Source: Candidatus Zixiibacteriota bacterium (GTDB taxonomy: Bacteria; Zixibacteria; MSB-5A5; WJJR01). Taken from it: a stretch of 24,070 nucleotides of DNA. The translations under genes and the position numbers were made by a program. The stretch lies in the NCBI GenBank assembly GCA_036170655.1, contig JAVHPP010000184.1:1-24070 (forward strand), read 5' to 3'. The notes under the pieces are model-generated. The model made no database searches and was not told the DNA's origin. It was given only the letters and a program-made list of their open reading frames with translations. Below, piece after piece: positions 17,324 through 24,070 of this stretch (positions are counted from its first letter, which is position 1; each line of letters starts with the position of its first letter).

Positions 17324-17346
17324 GGCGCACGGCCGTGCGCCCCTGC
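17320..17346. repeat. REP-like family 3: perfect 20-bp palindrome with GTAG/CTGC ends
   Basis: GTAGGGCGCACGGCCGTGCGCCCCTGC; core GGGCGCACGGCCGTGCGCCC 17323-17342; GTAG includes the GT4 stop codon. Confidence 0.75.
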
Positions 17347-17347
17347 A

Positions 17348-17432
17348 GAGCGTGTTGAAGAACCGGAAGAAACAGGTATCCAGCGGTTCGTGGTGCCCAC
17401 GGTACGTTTGCCAGAGGTTTTTCAACATGCCC
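17348..17432. mobile_element. 85-bp MITE-like element with the same TIR family as 3299-3482
   Basis: GAGCGTGTTGAAGAACC (17348-17364) / GGTTTTTCAACATGCCC (17416-17432); CTGCA direct repeat on both sides (17343-17347, 17433-17437). Confidence 0.75.
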
Positions 17433-17552
17433 CTGCAACCGGGACCTCTTCCTTTTGATTGCCACCAAGGCCCCTTTACTTTCCCATCATGAATCCGATA
17501 AGTAAGTAGGAGCCCCGACGCCGAGCGTTCCGAATGGGGGTAGGGTATCTGC

Positions 17553-18827
17553 ATGGCAGACCAATCGGTGCGCGACAAGATATTATCAATCCATGACTTC
17601 TATACGTTGCCTCAAACGTTAGTTGAGGTGCTCCGTGTCACCGAGTCCCCGGAGACCTCGGCGCATGAGCTCAGCCGGATCATCCTTCGTGATGCACCCA
17701 TCACCGCGCGGCTTCTGCACATGGCCAATTCGGCGCTCTACGGACGCGCGGGGAAAGTCAACACGGTTCAACAGGCAGTCGTGCTCCTCGGATTTCGAGC
17801 GGTCAAGTCCGTGGTGCTTTCTACGTCCGTGTACGACATCTTTAGCAAGCAAGCCGACAGCGCCGGCCTCAATCTCGAAGAGTTCTGGAGGCATTCCCTC
17901 GAGTGCGCCTCGACCTCCCAGTTATTCGCTGCCAAGATTGGTTATCAACCACAGGAGGAAGCCTTTGTCGCCGGGCTTCTTCATGACATGGGATTGCTGC
18001 TCATGTCACGCGCATTCGGCGGCGAGTACACCGCCTTCGCTGCCCGCGCGCCGTTCGATGAAGACTGGGATACCACGGAGCAGAACGAATTCGGCATCGG
18101 CCACAGCGAGGCGGGCGCCATCTTCTTTCAGTCTTGGGGGCTCCCCCCGCACCTTGTTGCGGTTGTCGGTCATCACCATGATGTCGTCACCGGGGACGCG
18201 GGAGGCAGCGCCGAGAGACTGACGTTGCTGGTGACACTGGCCGACCGTATTGCCCATCATGGGGTCGAACGACGGTCCAGTTTGACACGGATCGAGATCG
18301 AGGAGAAGCACCGCATCTTGCAGGCGCTGGGTCTCGATCCGATTGAACTCAAGACTGTGGACACCTGGGTGGCCGATAACCTGGCTGCGATCGCGGGCTA
18401 TCTGGACATCGAGATCGGCTCCCCCCTGGAGATTCTCACACAGGCCAATCAGCGCCTTCACGATCTCTTCCGGGAGATGGAAGCCCTTGTCATCAATACC
18501 CCGGCGGAAAGCAAGGAGCAGATAGCCCGCCAGTTGCTCGATGCCATTTTCGCCACCTTCGCGCACCACATCAACAACGCCACGACGACCATTCTCGGAC
18601 ACGCGCAACTGGTGGAAATGGCGGTGAAACGAGGGAAGTTGACTGACCCCGACGGACGGCTCGCCGATTCCATGGAAACGATCCAGAATGCCGTAGCCGT
18701 GATCTCCGCTGTGCTGTCCGAACTGAAGACAATGTCCTCATTCGAGATTGTTCCCTATCACGACCGCGCCAATATCCTCGCCATTGATGATCGTCTCAAA
18801 GAGCGGCTCTCCCGGCAACGGTTGTGA
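17553..18827 (+). CDS. HDOD-domain signal protein with C-terminal HisKA/DHp-like helix pair
   Basis: TLPQ, DAPITARLLHMANSALYG, AVVLLG, FWRHS, AFVAGLLHDMG, GIGHSEAGA...W.LP...HHH; C-terminal FAHHINNATTTILGHAQL. Confidence 0.9.
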   Translation: MADQSVRDKILSIHDFYTLPQTLVEVLRVTESPETSAHELSRIILRDAPITARLLHMANSALYGRAGKVNTVQQAVVLLGFRAVKSVVLSTSVYDIFSKQADSAGLNLEEFWRHSLECASTSQLFAAKIGYQPQEEAFVAGLLHDMGLLLMSRAFGGEYTAFAARAPFDEDWDTTEQNEFGIGHSEAGAIFFQSWGLPPHLVAVVGHHHDVVTGDAGGSAERLTLLVTLADRIAHHGVERRSSLTRIEIEEKHRILQALGLDPIELKTVDTWVADNLAAIAGYLDIEIGSPLEILTQANQRLHDLFREMEALVINTPAESKEQIARQLLDAIFATFAHHINNATTTILGHAQLVEMAVKRGKLTDPDGRLADSMETIQNAVAVISAVLSELKTMSSFEIVPYHDRANILAIDDRLKERLSRQRL

Positions 18828-18843
18828 TCCCGTCCCCGATGCT

Positions 18844-18917
18844 GTAGCACGGGCAGGACGCCCGTGGTACGTGGGCGGGATTGTCTCGGGCGGGGTAGCA
18901 CGCGTATCTTGCCCGTG
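18844..18917 (+). repeat. Two direct copies of REP-like family 2
   Basis: GTAGCACGGGCAGGACGCCCGTG (18844-18866) and degenerate GTAGCACGCGTATCTTGCCCGTG (18895-18917). Confidence 0.78.
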
Positions 18918-18928
18918 CGGCAACGCCA

Positions 18929-18958
18929 TTGACGCCGCTTGAACCGCAGCGGTATAAT
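18929..18958 (+). promoter_or_regulatory. Putative sigma70 promoter, probably giving a leaderless mRNA
   Basis: TTGACG (18929-18934), 18-nt spacer, TATAAT (18953-18958); in-frame ATG 7 nt later at 18966. Confidence 0.7.
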
Positions 18959-18965
18959 GGCAGAG

Positions 18966-20642
18966 ATGATCTCAGCGGTGTCGCGCCAGACTACTATCCC
19001 GGCTCTCCTCGGCGAAACGGCCCGGCGTTCTCCGGGATCGCCGGCGTTGTCACGCTATGTGAGCGGCCGTTTTGTTTCCCTCTCCTATGGTCAATTGTTT
19101 GCCGCGGCCGGCCGGATGGCCGAACGGCTGTGCGCCCAAGGCGCCGCCCCAGAGCGACGTGTGGCGATCGCTGTTACCGACCGCTTTGAATGGGGTGTTT
19201 CCTATCTCGGTGTGTTGTTCAGCGGTGCAACCGCGGTTCCCATCGATCTGCAACTGACCCCCCCGGAGATCAATGGGATCTTGTCAGATGCCGATGTGTC
19301 ACTGGTCATCCACGATGGCCGGATCGATCTGGGCGATTGGCGGTCACGCAGTGAAGTGATCGGGTTGGATCAGACGCTGCCGGATCTCTCGCCATCGGCC
19401 CCGGACGGTCCATTCCGGGTTCCCGAACTCGACCCCGAATCGCTGGCCTCGATCATCTTCACCTCGGGGACAACCGGGCAGACCAAAGGCGTCATGCTCA
19501 CCCATGCCAACTTGGTGGCGGATGTGCTGGGCATCCAGGCCATGGGTCTCTGCTTCAGTTCCGACACACTTCTCTCGATCCTCCCGATCCATCACGCGTT
19601 CGAATGCACAGCGGGATTTCTTTATCCCTTGTCCATCGGCGCCCATGTGGCGTATGCCCGAAGTCTCAAATCCAACGAGATTCTTGCCGATATGAATGCC
19701 ACGCAGGCCACCGTGATTCTGGCGGTTCCCCTGTTGTTTGAGAACATTGTCAACTCGATCAAGCGCCATGTTCATGACGCGCCGCTGTGGCGGCAACGTC
19801 TCTTCTCTCTTTTGATGTCCACGTCGCGGATGGGCAGACGCCTCGGCTGGCGGAGCGCGGGACGCGTTGTCCTGGCGTCCGTGCGCCGCAAAGCCGGGCT
19901 GTCATCCTTGCGTATCTTGGTGTCCGGTGGCGCAGCGCTCCCGCCATCGGTGGCCGAGTTCTGCGACATCATCGGGTTGCCGTTGATCCAGGGTTACGGC
20001 CTGACGGAGACATCGCCGGTTGTTTCCGTCAACCGACCGGGCCGTCACCGGTACGATACAGTTGGTCCGCCGATTCCCAATGTACAGGTGAAGATTGTTG
20101 ATCCCCGTCCGGACGGCATCGGCGAGATCGCGGTCGCCGGTCCCATTGTGATGAAGGGATACTGGAAGCGTCCTGACGACACCGCCAAGGTCCTGCGTGA
20201 CGGCTGGCTCTTGACGGGCGATCTCGGGTCGATCGATGCTGGAGGACACGTGCACATTTGCGGGCGTTCGAAAAATGTAATCATCACGGGTGCCGGCAAG
20301 AATGTTTATCCGGAAGAGGTCGAAGCGGTCTTGGGGAATCAACCGGAGATCAGCGAATCGGTTGTCTATGGCAAGTCGCGTCCGGGCAAAATCGGTGAGA
20401 TCGTTGCCGCTGTTGTCGTGCCTGATCCTGATTGGTTCGCATCGGCTCAGCCCGGTGTATGGGATCACGATGATGCGTTACGATCGGTTCTGGTCGAGGC
20501 GGTGCACAAAGCGTGCGAAGATCTGGCGCCATTCAAGCGCATCGTCGATATTGAAATCCGGCGTGAGCCGTTGGAGAAAACGACGACACGGAAGATCAGG
20601 CGGTACCTGGTCATCCAACCCCGACATGACTACAAATTATAG
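18966..20642 (+). CDS. Long-chain fatty-acid--CoA ligase (AMP-binding, FadD-like)
   Basis: IIFTSGTTGQTKGVMLTH, QGYGLTETSP, VMKGYWK, DGWLLTGDLG, GRSKNVI..GAGKNVYPEEVE, KTTTRKIRR; start 18957 or 18966. Confidence 0.93.
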   Translation: MISAVSRQTTIPALLGETARRSPGSPALSRYVSGRFVSLSYGQLFAAAGRMAERLCAQGAAPERRVAIAVTDRFEWGVSYLGVLFSGATAVPIDLQLTPPEINGILSDADVSLVIHDGRIDLGDWRSRSEVIGLDQTLPDLSPSAPDGPFRVPELDPESLASIIFTSGTTGQTKGVMLTHANLVADVLGIQAMGLCFSSDTLLSILPIHHAFECTAGFLYPLSIGAHVAYARSLKSNEILADMNATQATVILAVPLLFENIVNSIKRHVHDAPLWRQRLFSLLMSTSRMGRRLGWRSAGRVVLASVRRKAGLSSLRILVSGGAALPPSVAEFCDIIGLPLIQGYGLTETSPVVSVNRPGRHRYDTVGPPIPNVQVKIVDPRPDGIGEIAVAGPIVMKGYWKRPDDTAKVLRDGWLLTGDLGSIDAGGHVHICGRSKNVIITGAGKNVYPEEVEAVLGNQPEISESVVYGKSRPGKIGEIVAAVVVPDPDWFASAQPGVWDHDDALRSVLVEAVHKACEDLAPFKRIVDIEIRREPLEKTTTRKIRRYLVIQPRHDYKL

Positions 20643-20651
20643 GAGAATGAC

Positions 20652-21278
20652 GTGATTCACAGACATTCCATATCCGCGGCAAACCCAGCGTGTGCCAGCC
20701 GGGTGGGTCCCATCCATCATCGATCTGCGCTTGGATCGTGGGCTGGGTATTTTATGGTCATGTCGGTTCTGTTGGCCGTGGCAGGTCTGTCTCAAGCGCA
20801 AGACACGCTGGGGACCTTCCGCACAAATCCGATACAATACTTCGCGGCCAACGGCAGCCGTACCTGGGTCGGCCGTGGCCAGTTCATGATGAATGCATAC
20901 TCTGACACGATTGTCATGTCCGTGGATTCTGGCGGACGGTCGCTGAATGTGCGCCGGGTTCTGGTCAACGAGGACGACACGGTTGTTGTGTCACGCGGCC
21001 ACGGCGTGGCGACTCTGATCAATTACGACACGTCGTTTGCACTGCGCTGGACCGAAGCGCGTTATCACGAGGCCACCGGCCGCATGCACTGGGTCGGCGG
21101 ACAATGGCTGATCGAATTCGGCGGAGAGTGGGGGCAGTGGTCGATTGCGCTGGTCCGACAAAATGATCACGCTTTTGCCACCATGGTCGGGCGTGCGTTG
21201 GGGAATCTGCCGCCGGTCAGGTTCACCGCGCTGACGTATCAGGCCTTGCCTTCCAAGGGGAAGAAGTCCTTCCGCTAA
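20652..21278 (+). CDS. Hypothetical exported beta-rich protein
   Basis: SD AGGAG before GTG; hydrophobic signal ending SQA-QD; the true start may be further downstream. Confidence 0.65.
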   Translation: MIHRHSISAANPACASRVGPIHHRSALGSWAGYFMVMSVLLAVAGLSQAQDTLGTFRTNPIQYFAANGSRTWVGRGQFMMNAYSDTIVMSVDSGGRSLNVRRVLVNEDDTVVVSRGHGVATLINYDTSFALRWTEARYHEATGRMHWVGGQWLIEFGGEWGQWSIALVRQNDHAFATMVGRALGNLPPVRFTALTYQALPSKGKKSFR

Positions 21279-21287
21279 GCAACCAAG

Positions 21288-21779
21288 GTGCAGTCTGTGC
21301 TGGCGCTCGTATTGATTGTCGCGAAATGGCTTGGACTTCTGGGCATGCTGGCAACCGGAGGACTGGGCGCGGTGATGGCAAATCCTCTGTCCCTGCCCTT
21401 GCATTATTTCTGGGGGATGCTCTCTGTGTTTATCCTGTCCGCTGCCCAAACGATGACAATCTACTACTTTCTGGGGATGAGCCGTGCCGTTATCCAGGCG
21501 GCCAAACGCCATGATCTTCCCGGCAATGTCCGGACCGAAGCGATCAATCTGAAGAAGATGGTTTCGGGCCGCGGATACATCGTGCTGCTTCTGGCGACCA
21601 TGACTCTGATTGCTGGCGGGGCGACTCTCTTCGGGCGTTTCCCCAGTTGGATTCACATTACGATAGCGAGCGCCACGTTTCTCGGCGGTGTTTACACGGC
21701 GTTCATCGAGTTTCTCGCCTTTCGCCTCAACGCGGCGTTCTACGACCGGGTGGCGGCGATGATTGAGCGCTCCGCATAG
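21288..21779 (+). CDS. Hypothetical integral membrane protein (about 4 TM)
   Basis: Four hydrophobic segments; fills the gap between neighbours on the same strand. Confidence 0.75.
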   Translation: MQSVLALVLIVAKWLGLLGMLATGGLGAVMANPLSLPLHYFWGMLSVFILSAAQTMTIYYFLGMSRAVIQAAKRHDLPGNVRTEAINLKKMVSGRGYIVLLLATMTLIAGGATLFGRFPSWIHITIASATFLGGVYTAFIEFLAFRLNAAFYDRVAAMIERSA

Positions 21780-21796
21780 ATGCACAGCGAATGCCA

Positions 21797-21825
21797 TTGG
21801 TCTGGACGTGCATGTGCACTATAAT
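21797..21825 (+). promoter_or_regulatory. Putative sigma70 promoter for leuCD
   Basis: TTGGTC (21797-21802), 17-nt spacer, TATAAT (21820-21825). Confidence 0.5.
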
Positions 21826-21888
21826 GTCGCGTGAGGCCGCAGGCCGTGCCGACGGAGCATTGCGGCGCCAGAAGATGAGGGAGACCGT

Positions 21889-23154
21889 GTGATGCTGATG
21901 ACCCTGGTGGAAAAAATCCTCGCGCAGAAAGTCGGCCATGACGTCCGCCCGGGCCAGCTCGTGATGACCCCGGTGGACCAAATCTTCGCCCACGATCTCT
22001 CCGGACCACTCGCAATCACCCAGTTGCGCAGTCTTGGTTTCTCCGGGTTCAAACATCCAGAAAAGGTCCGTTTTTTCCTCGACCATGCCTCACCCAGTTC
22101 GACCGTAACCTCGGCAAACGAACACAAAACGATCCGTGAATTCGCCGCCGAATGGGGTGTCGAGTTGATCGATGTCGGTGAAGGCATCTGCCACCAGATC
22201 ATGATGGAGCGCTATGCCAGGCCCGGCGAAATCATTATTGGCGGCGATTCACACACCTGTACCGGCGGTGTGCTGGCCGCGCTGGCGACCGGTATGGGCT
22301 CGACCGATACCGCCGTTGCCATGTATCTCGGCCGCACCTGGCTGCGTGTGCCGGAGACTATGCGCTTCGTGATTTCCGGCAAACTCCCCCGTGGTGTCTA
22401 TTCCAAGGATGTGATGCTTTACATGATCGGGACAATCGGTTCGGGGGGTGCGACTTACCGTTCGATGGAGTTCGTTGGCCCCGCGCTTTCTGGCTGGTCA
22501 GTTCCCGAACGCGCCGTTCTCCCCAACATGGCGGTCGAGGCCGGCGCGAAGTGCGGCCTCTGTCCGTCCGACGACAAGACGCGTGACTACTTGACACAGC
22601 AGGGGAGAGCCGGTGATTACGCTCCTTTGGCTGGCGACCCCGATGCCCCCTGTGCCTTTGAGATGAAAATCGACGCTTCCACCCTCGAACCGCAGGTCGC
22701 CCTGCCGCACAATGTCGATCTGGCTGTTGGCGTGACCGATGCCAAAGTCCGTGACGTTCGCGTGCATCAGGTTTATCTGGGGACGTGCACGAATGGCCGT
22801 ATCGAGGATTTCCGTATTGCCACCGGCATCCTCAAGGGCAACCGGATCGCCAACGGCACAAGGCTGATCGCGACGCCCGCTTCCCGTCAAGTCTATCTCC
22901 AAGGGCTGAAAGAGGGGCTTTGGACCTCGATCATCGAGGCGGGGGGATTGGTCAACTCGCCCGGTTGCGGCGCGTGCCCGGGAGTTCAAACCGGCATCCT
23001 TGGTTCAGGGGAGAACTGTCTGTCGACAATGAACCGCAATTTCAAGGGTCGTATGGGAAACCCGGAGGCGTTCATATATCTGGCGTCGCCGGCGACCTGC
23101 GCGGCGTCGGCGCTGACCGGCGTCATCACCGATCCGCGGGAGGTGGTCCAATGA
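21889..23154 (+). CDS. leuC: 3-isopropylmalate dehydratase/homoaconitase family large subunit (LeuC type 2/HacA-like)
   Basis: TLVEKIL, GICHQ, GGDSHTCTGG, GMGSTD, NMAVEAGAK, [4Fe-4S] cysteines GTCTNGR and CGAC, STMNRNFKGRMG, YLASPAT; substrate uncertain. Confidence 0.88.
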   Translation: MMLMTLVEKILAQKVGHDVRPGQLVMTPVDQIFAHDLSGPLAITQLRSLGFSGFKHPEKVRFFLDHASPSSTVTSANEHKTIREFAAEWGVELIDVGEGICHQIMMERYARPGEIIIGGDSHTCTGGVLAALATGMGSTDTAVAMYLGRTWLRVPETMRFVISGKLPRGVYSKDVMLYMIGTIGSGGATYRSMEFVGPALSGWSVPERAVLPNMAVEAGAKCGLCPSDDKTRDYLTQQGRAGDYAPLAGDPDAPCAFEMKIDASTLEPQVALPHNVDLAVGVTDAKVRDVRVHQVYLGTCTNGRIEDFRIATGILKGNRIANGTRLIATPASRQVYLQGLKEGLWTSIIEAGGLVNSPGCGACPGVQTGILGSGENCLSTMNRNFKGRMGNPEAFIYLASPATCAASALTGVITDPREVVQ

Positions 23155-23648
23155 ACGAACGGGGACGTGCTTGGTTGTTCGCCGATAACATCTCGACCGA
23201 CCTGATTTTTCCCGGACGCTATGTCCATCTGCTTTCCAACATGCCGGAACTGGTGCAACACACGCTGGAGGACGCGCGCTCCGACTATGCCACAAGCGTC
23301 AAGCCCGGCGATTTCGTGGTCGCGGGTGACAACTTCGGCATGGGATCGTCACGTGAGCAGGCGCCGGTGATCATTAAGCTTTCTGGCGCACGCGCCGTTC
23401 TCGCCAAATCATTCGCGCGAATCTTCTTCCGCAACGCGATCAATGTCGGTCTGGCCGCCATCGAGGTGGACACCACCGGCATCAACGAAGGCGACTCCTT
23501 GAGCGTCGACCTCGCCGCCGGACATGTCAAAGATCACACCAATGGGATCGAGCGCCGCTTCGAGCCGCTCCCACCCATCATGACCGAAATCCTCGCCGAC
23601 GGTGGTTTGATCGAACACATCAGGAAGCACGGCGATTTCAATTTGTAG
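23151..23648 (+). CDS. leuD: 3-isopropylmalate dehydratase/homoaconitase family small subunit
   Basis: GRAWLFADNISTDLIFPGRY, VAGDNFGMGSSREQAP, AKSFARIFFRNAINVGL; ATGA overlap with leuC; SD GGAGG. Confidence 0.9.
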   Translation: MNERGRAWLFADNISTDLIFPGRYVHLLSNMPELVQHTLEDARSDYATSVKPGDFVVAGDNFGMGSSREQAPVIIKLSGARAVLAKSFARIFFRNAINVGLAAIEVDTTGINEGDSLSVDLAAGHVKDHTNGIERRFEPLPPIMTEILADGGLIEHIRKHGDFNL

Positions 23649-23693
23649 GGTGGTCCATGGTACCGGCCGCCGGGAAGATGAGAGCCAGCTCCG

Positions 23694-23988
23694 ATGTTTC
23701 CGCGTAAAGCGCCCGCACGATGGCTGATTTGGGCTCACGTCGCCCTGACAGTCGTGGCCTGGTGGATTCCGAGTGCGACCTACAACAATGCTGGCCGTGC
23801 TGATCTGCCTCGACGTAATGTGGATGGTCGTCGAGTACAGCTTAGTCTTGGGTGCTCGCACTGGACACTTGGCTCCCCTCTGGGCGGCTGTGTTCGTGCC
23901 CGCAATGGCGCCGCTGGTGCTTCTCGTGTATTATCTCAATCGTATCAGCCGGACGATTGAAGTGATCAAGGCCGAGGTAGCACGATGA
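23694..23988 (+). pseudogene. Small membrane protein, possibly frameshifted (or a short CDS at 23773/23788-23988)
   Basis: The frame from 23694 gives one TM (WLIWAHVALTVVAWW) then loses protein character; the +1 frame gives two more TMs and ends at 23988. Confidence 0.45.
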
Positions 23989-24015
23989 GCTTATCCAACA
24001 TAGGAAGAGCCTTTC

Positions 24016-24040
24016 GGGAGGGCGAGGCTCCTGCCGAGCC
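24016..24040 (+). repeat. REP-like family 4 unit
   Basis: GGGAGGGCGAGGCTCCTGCCGAGCC, identical to 3358-3382; a partner may lie beyond the window end. Confidence 0.85.
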
Positions 24041-24070
24041 TCTTTCATCCCAAACGGCGAAGCATCCCGT

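Noticed and set aside
21826..21888. Leucine attenuator or T-box upstream of leuC
   Set aside because: The leader is only about 60 nt, with no Leu-rich peptide, terminator or T-box motif.
22785..23150. N-terminal extension of the leuD ORF
   Set aside because: It overlaps leuC out of frame; the true start is ATG 23151 with an SD and ATGA coupling.
23645..23670. GTAG at the leuD stop (also at the nadK and kinase stops) as further REPs
   Set aside because: The following sequence forms only weak or no hairpins, and GTAG arises readily from TAG stop codons.

Overview
GC-rich bacterial chromosomal window, probably from a diderm organism (a Zixibacteria-like lineage is only a guess from protein style). 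It starts with a REP-associated tyrosine transposase (RAYT) that is flanked by, and internally contains, GTAG-type REP palindromes. Next come xseB-ispA-nadK, a small TIR-bounded MITE carrying a REP doublet, and a ~850-bp gene-free stretch with a strong sigma70 promoter, an adjacent sigma54-type site, many helices and a terminator-like hairpin (candidate ncRNA locus). Downstream are a COG4313-like outer-membrane barrel, a secreted protein, an N-terminally short RNase HIII, a GAF membrane protein with a His-less DHp helix next to a hybrid histidine kinase, a DxxGxDxY-repeat secreted protein, a HEAT protein, a YprB/MrfB-like exonuclease, a GT4, an HDOD-DHp protein, an acyl-CoA ligase, two hypotheticals and a leuC/leuD-type pair. 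At least four distinct REP-like palindrome families and three copies of a GCGTGTTGAA(A/G)AA end motif occupy the intergenic spaces. All calls come from reading motifs by eye; no searches were run.
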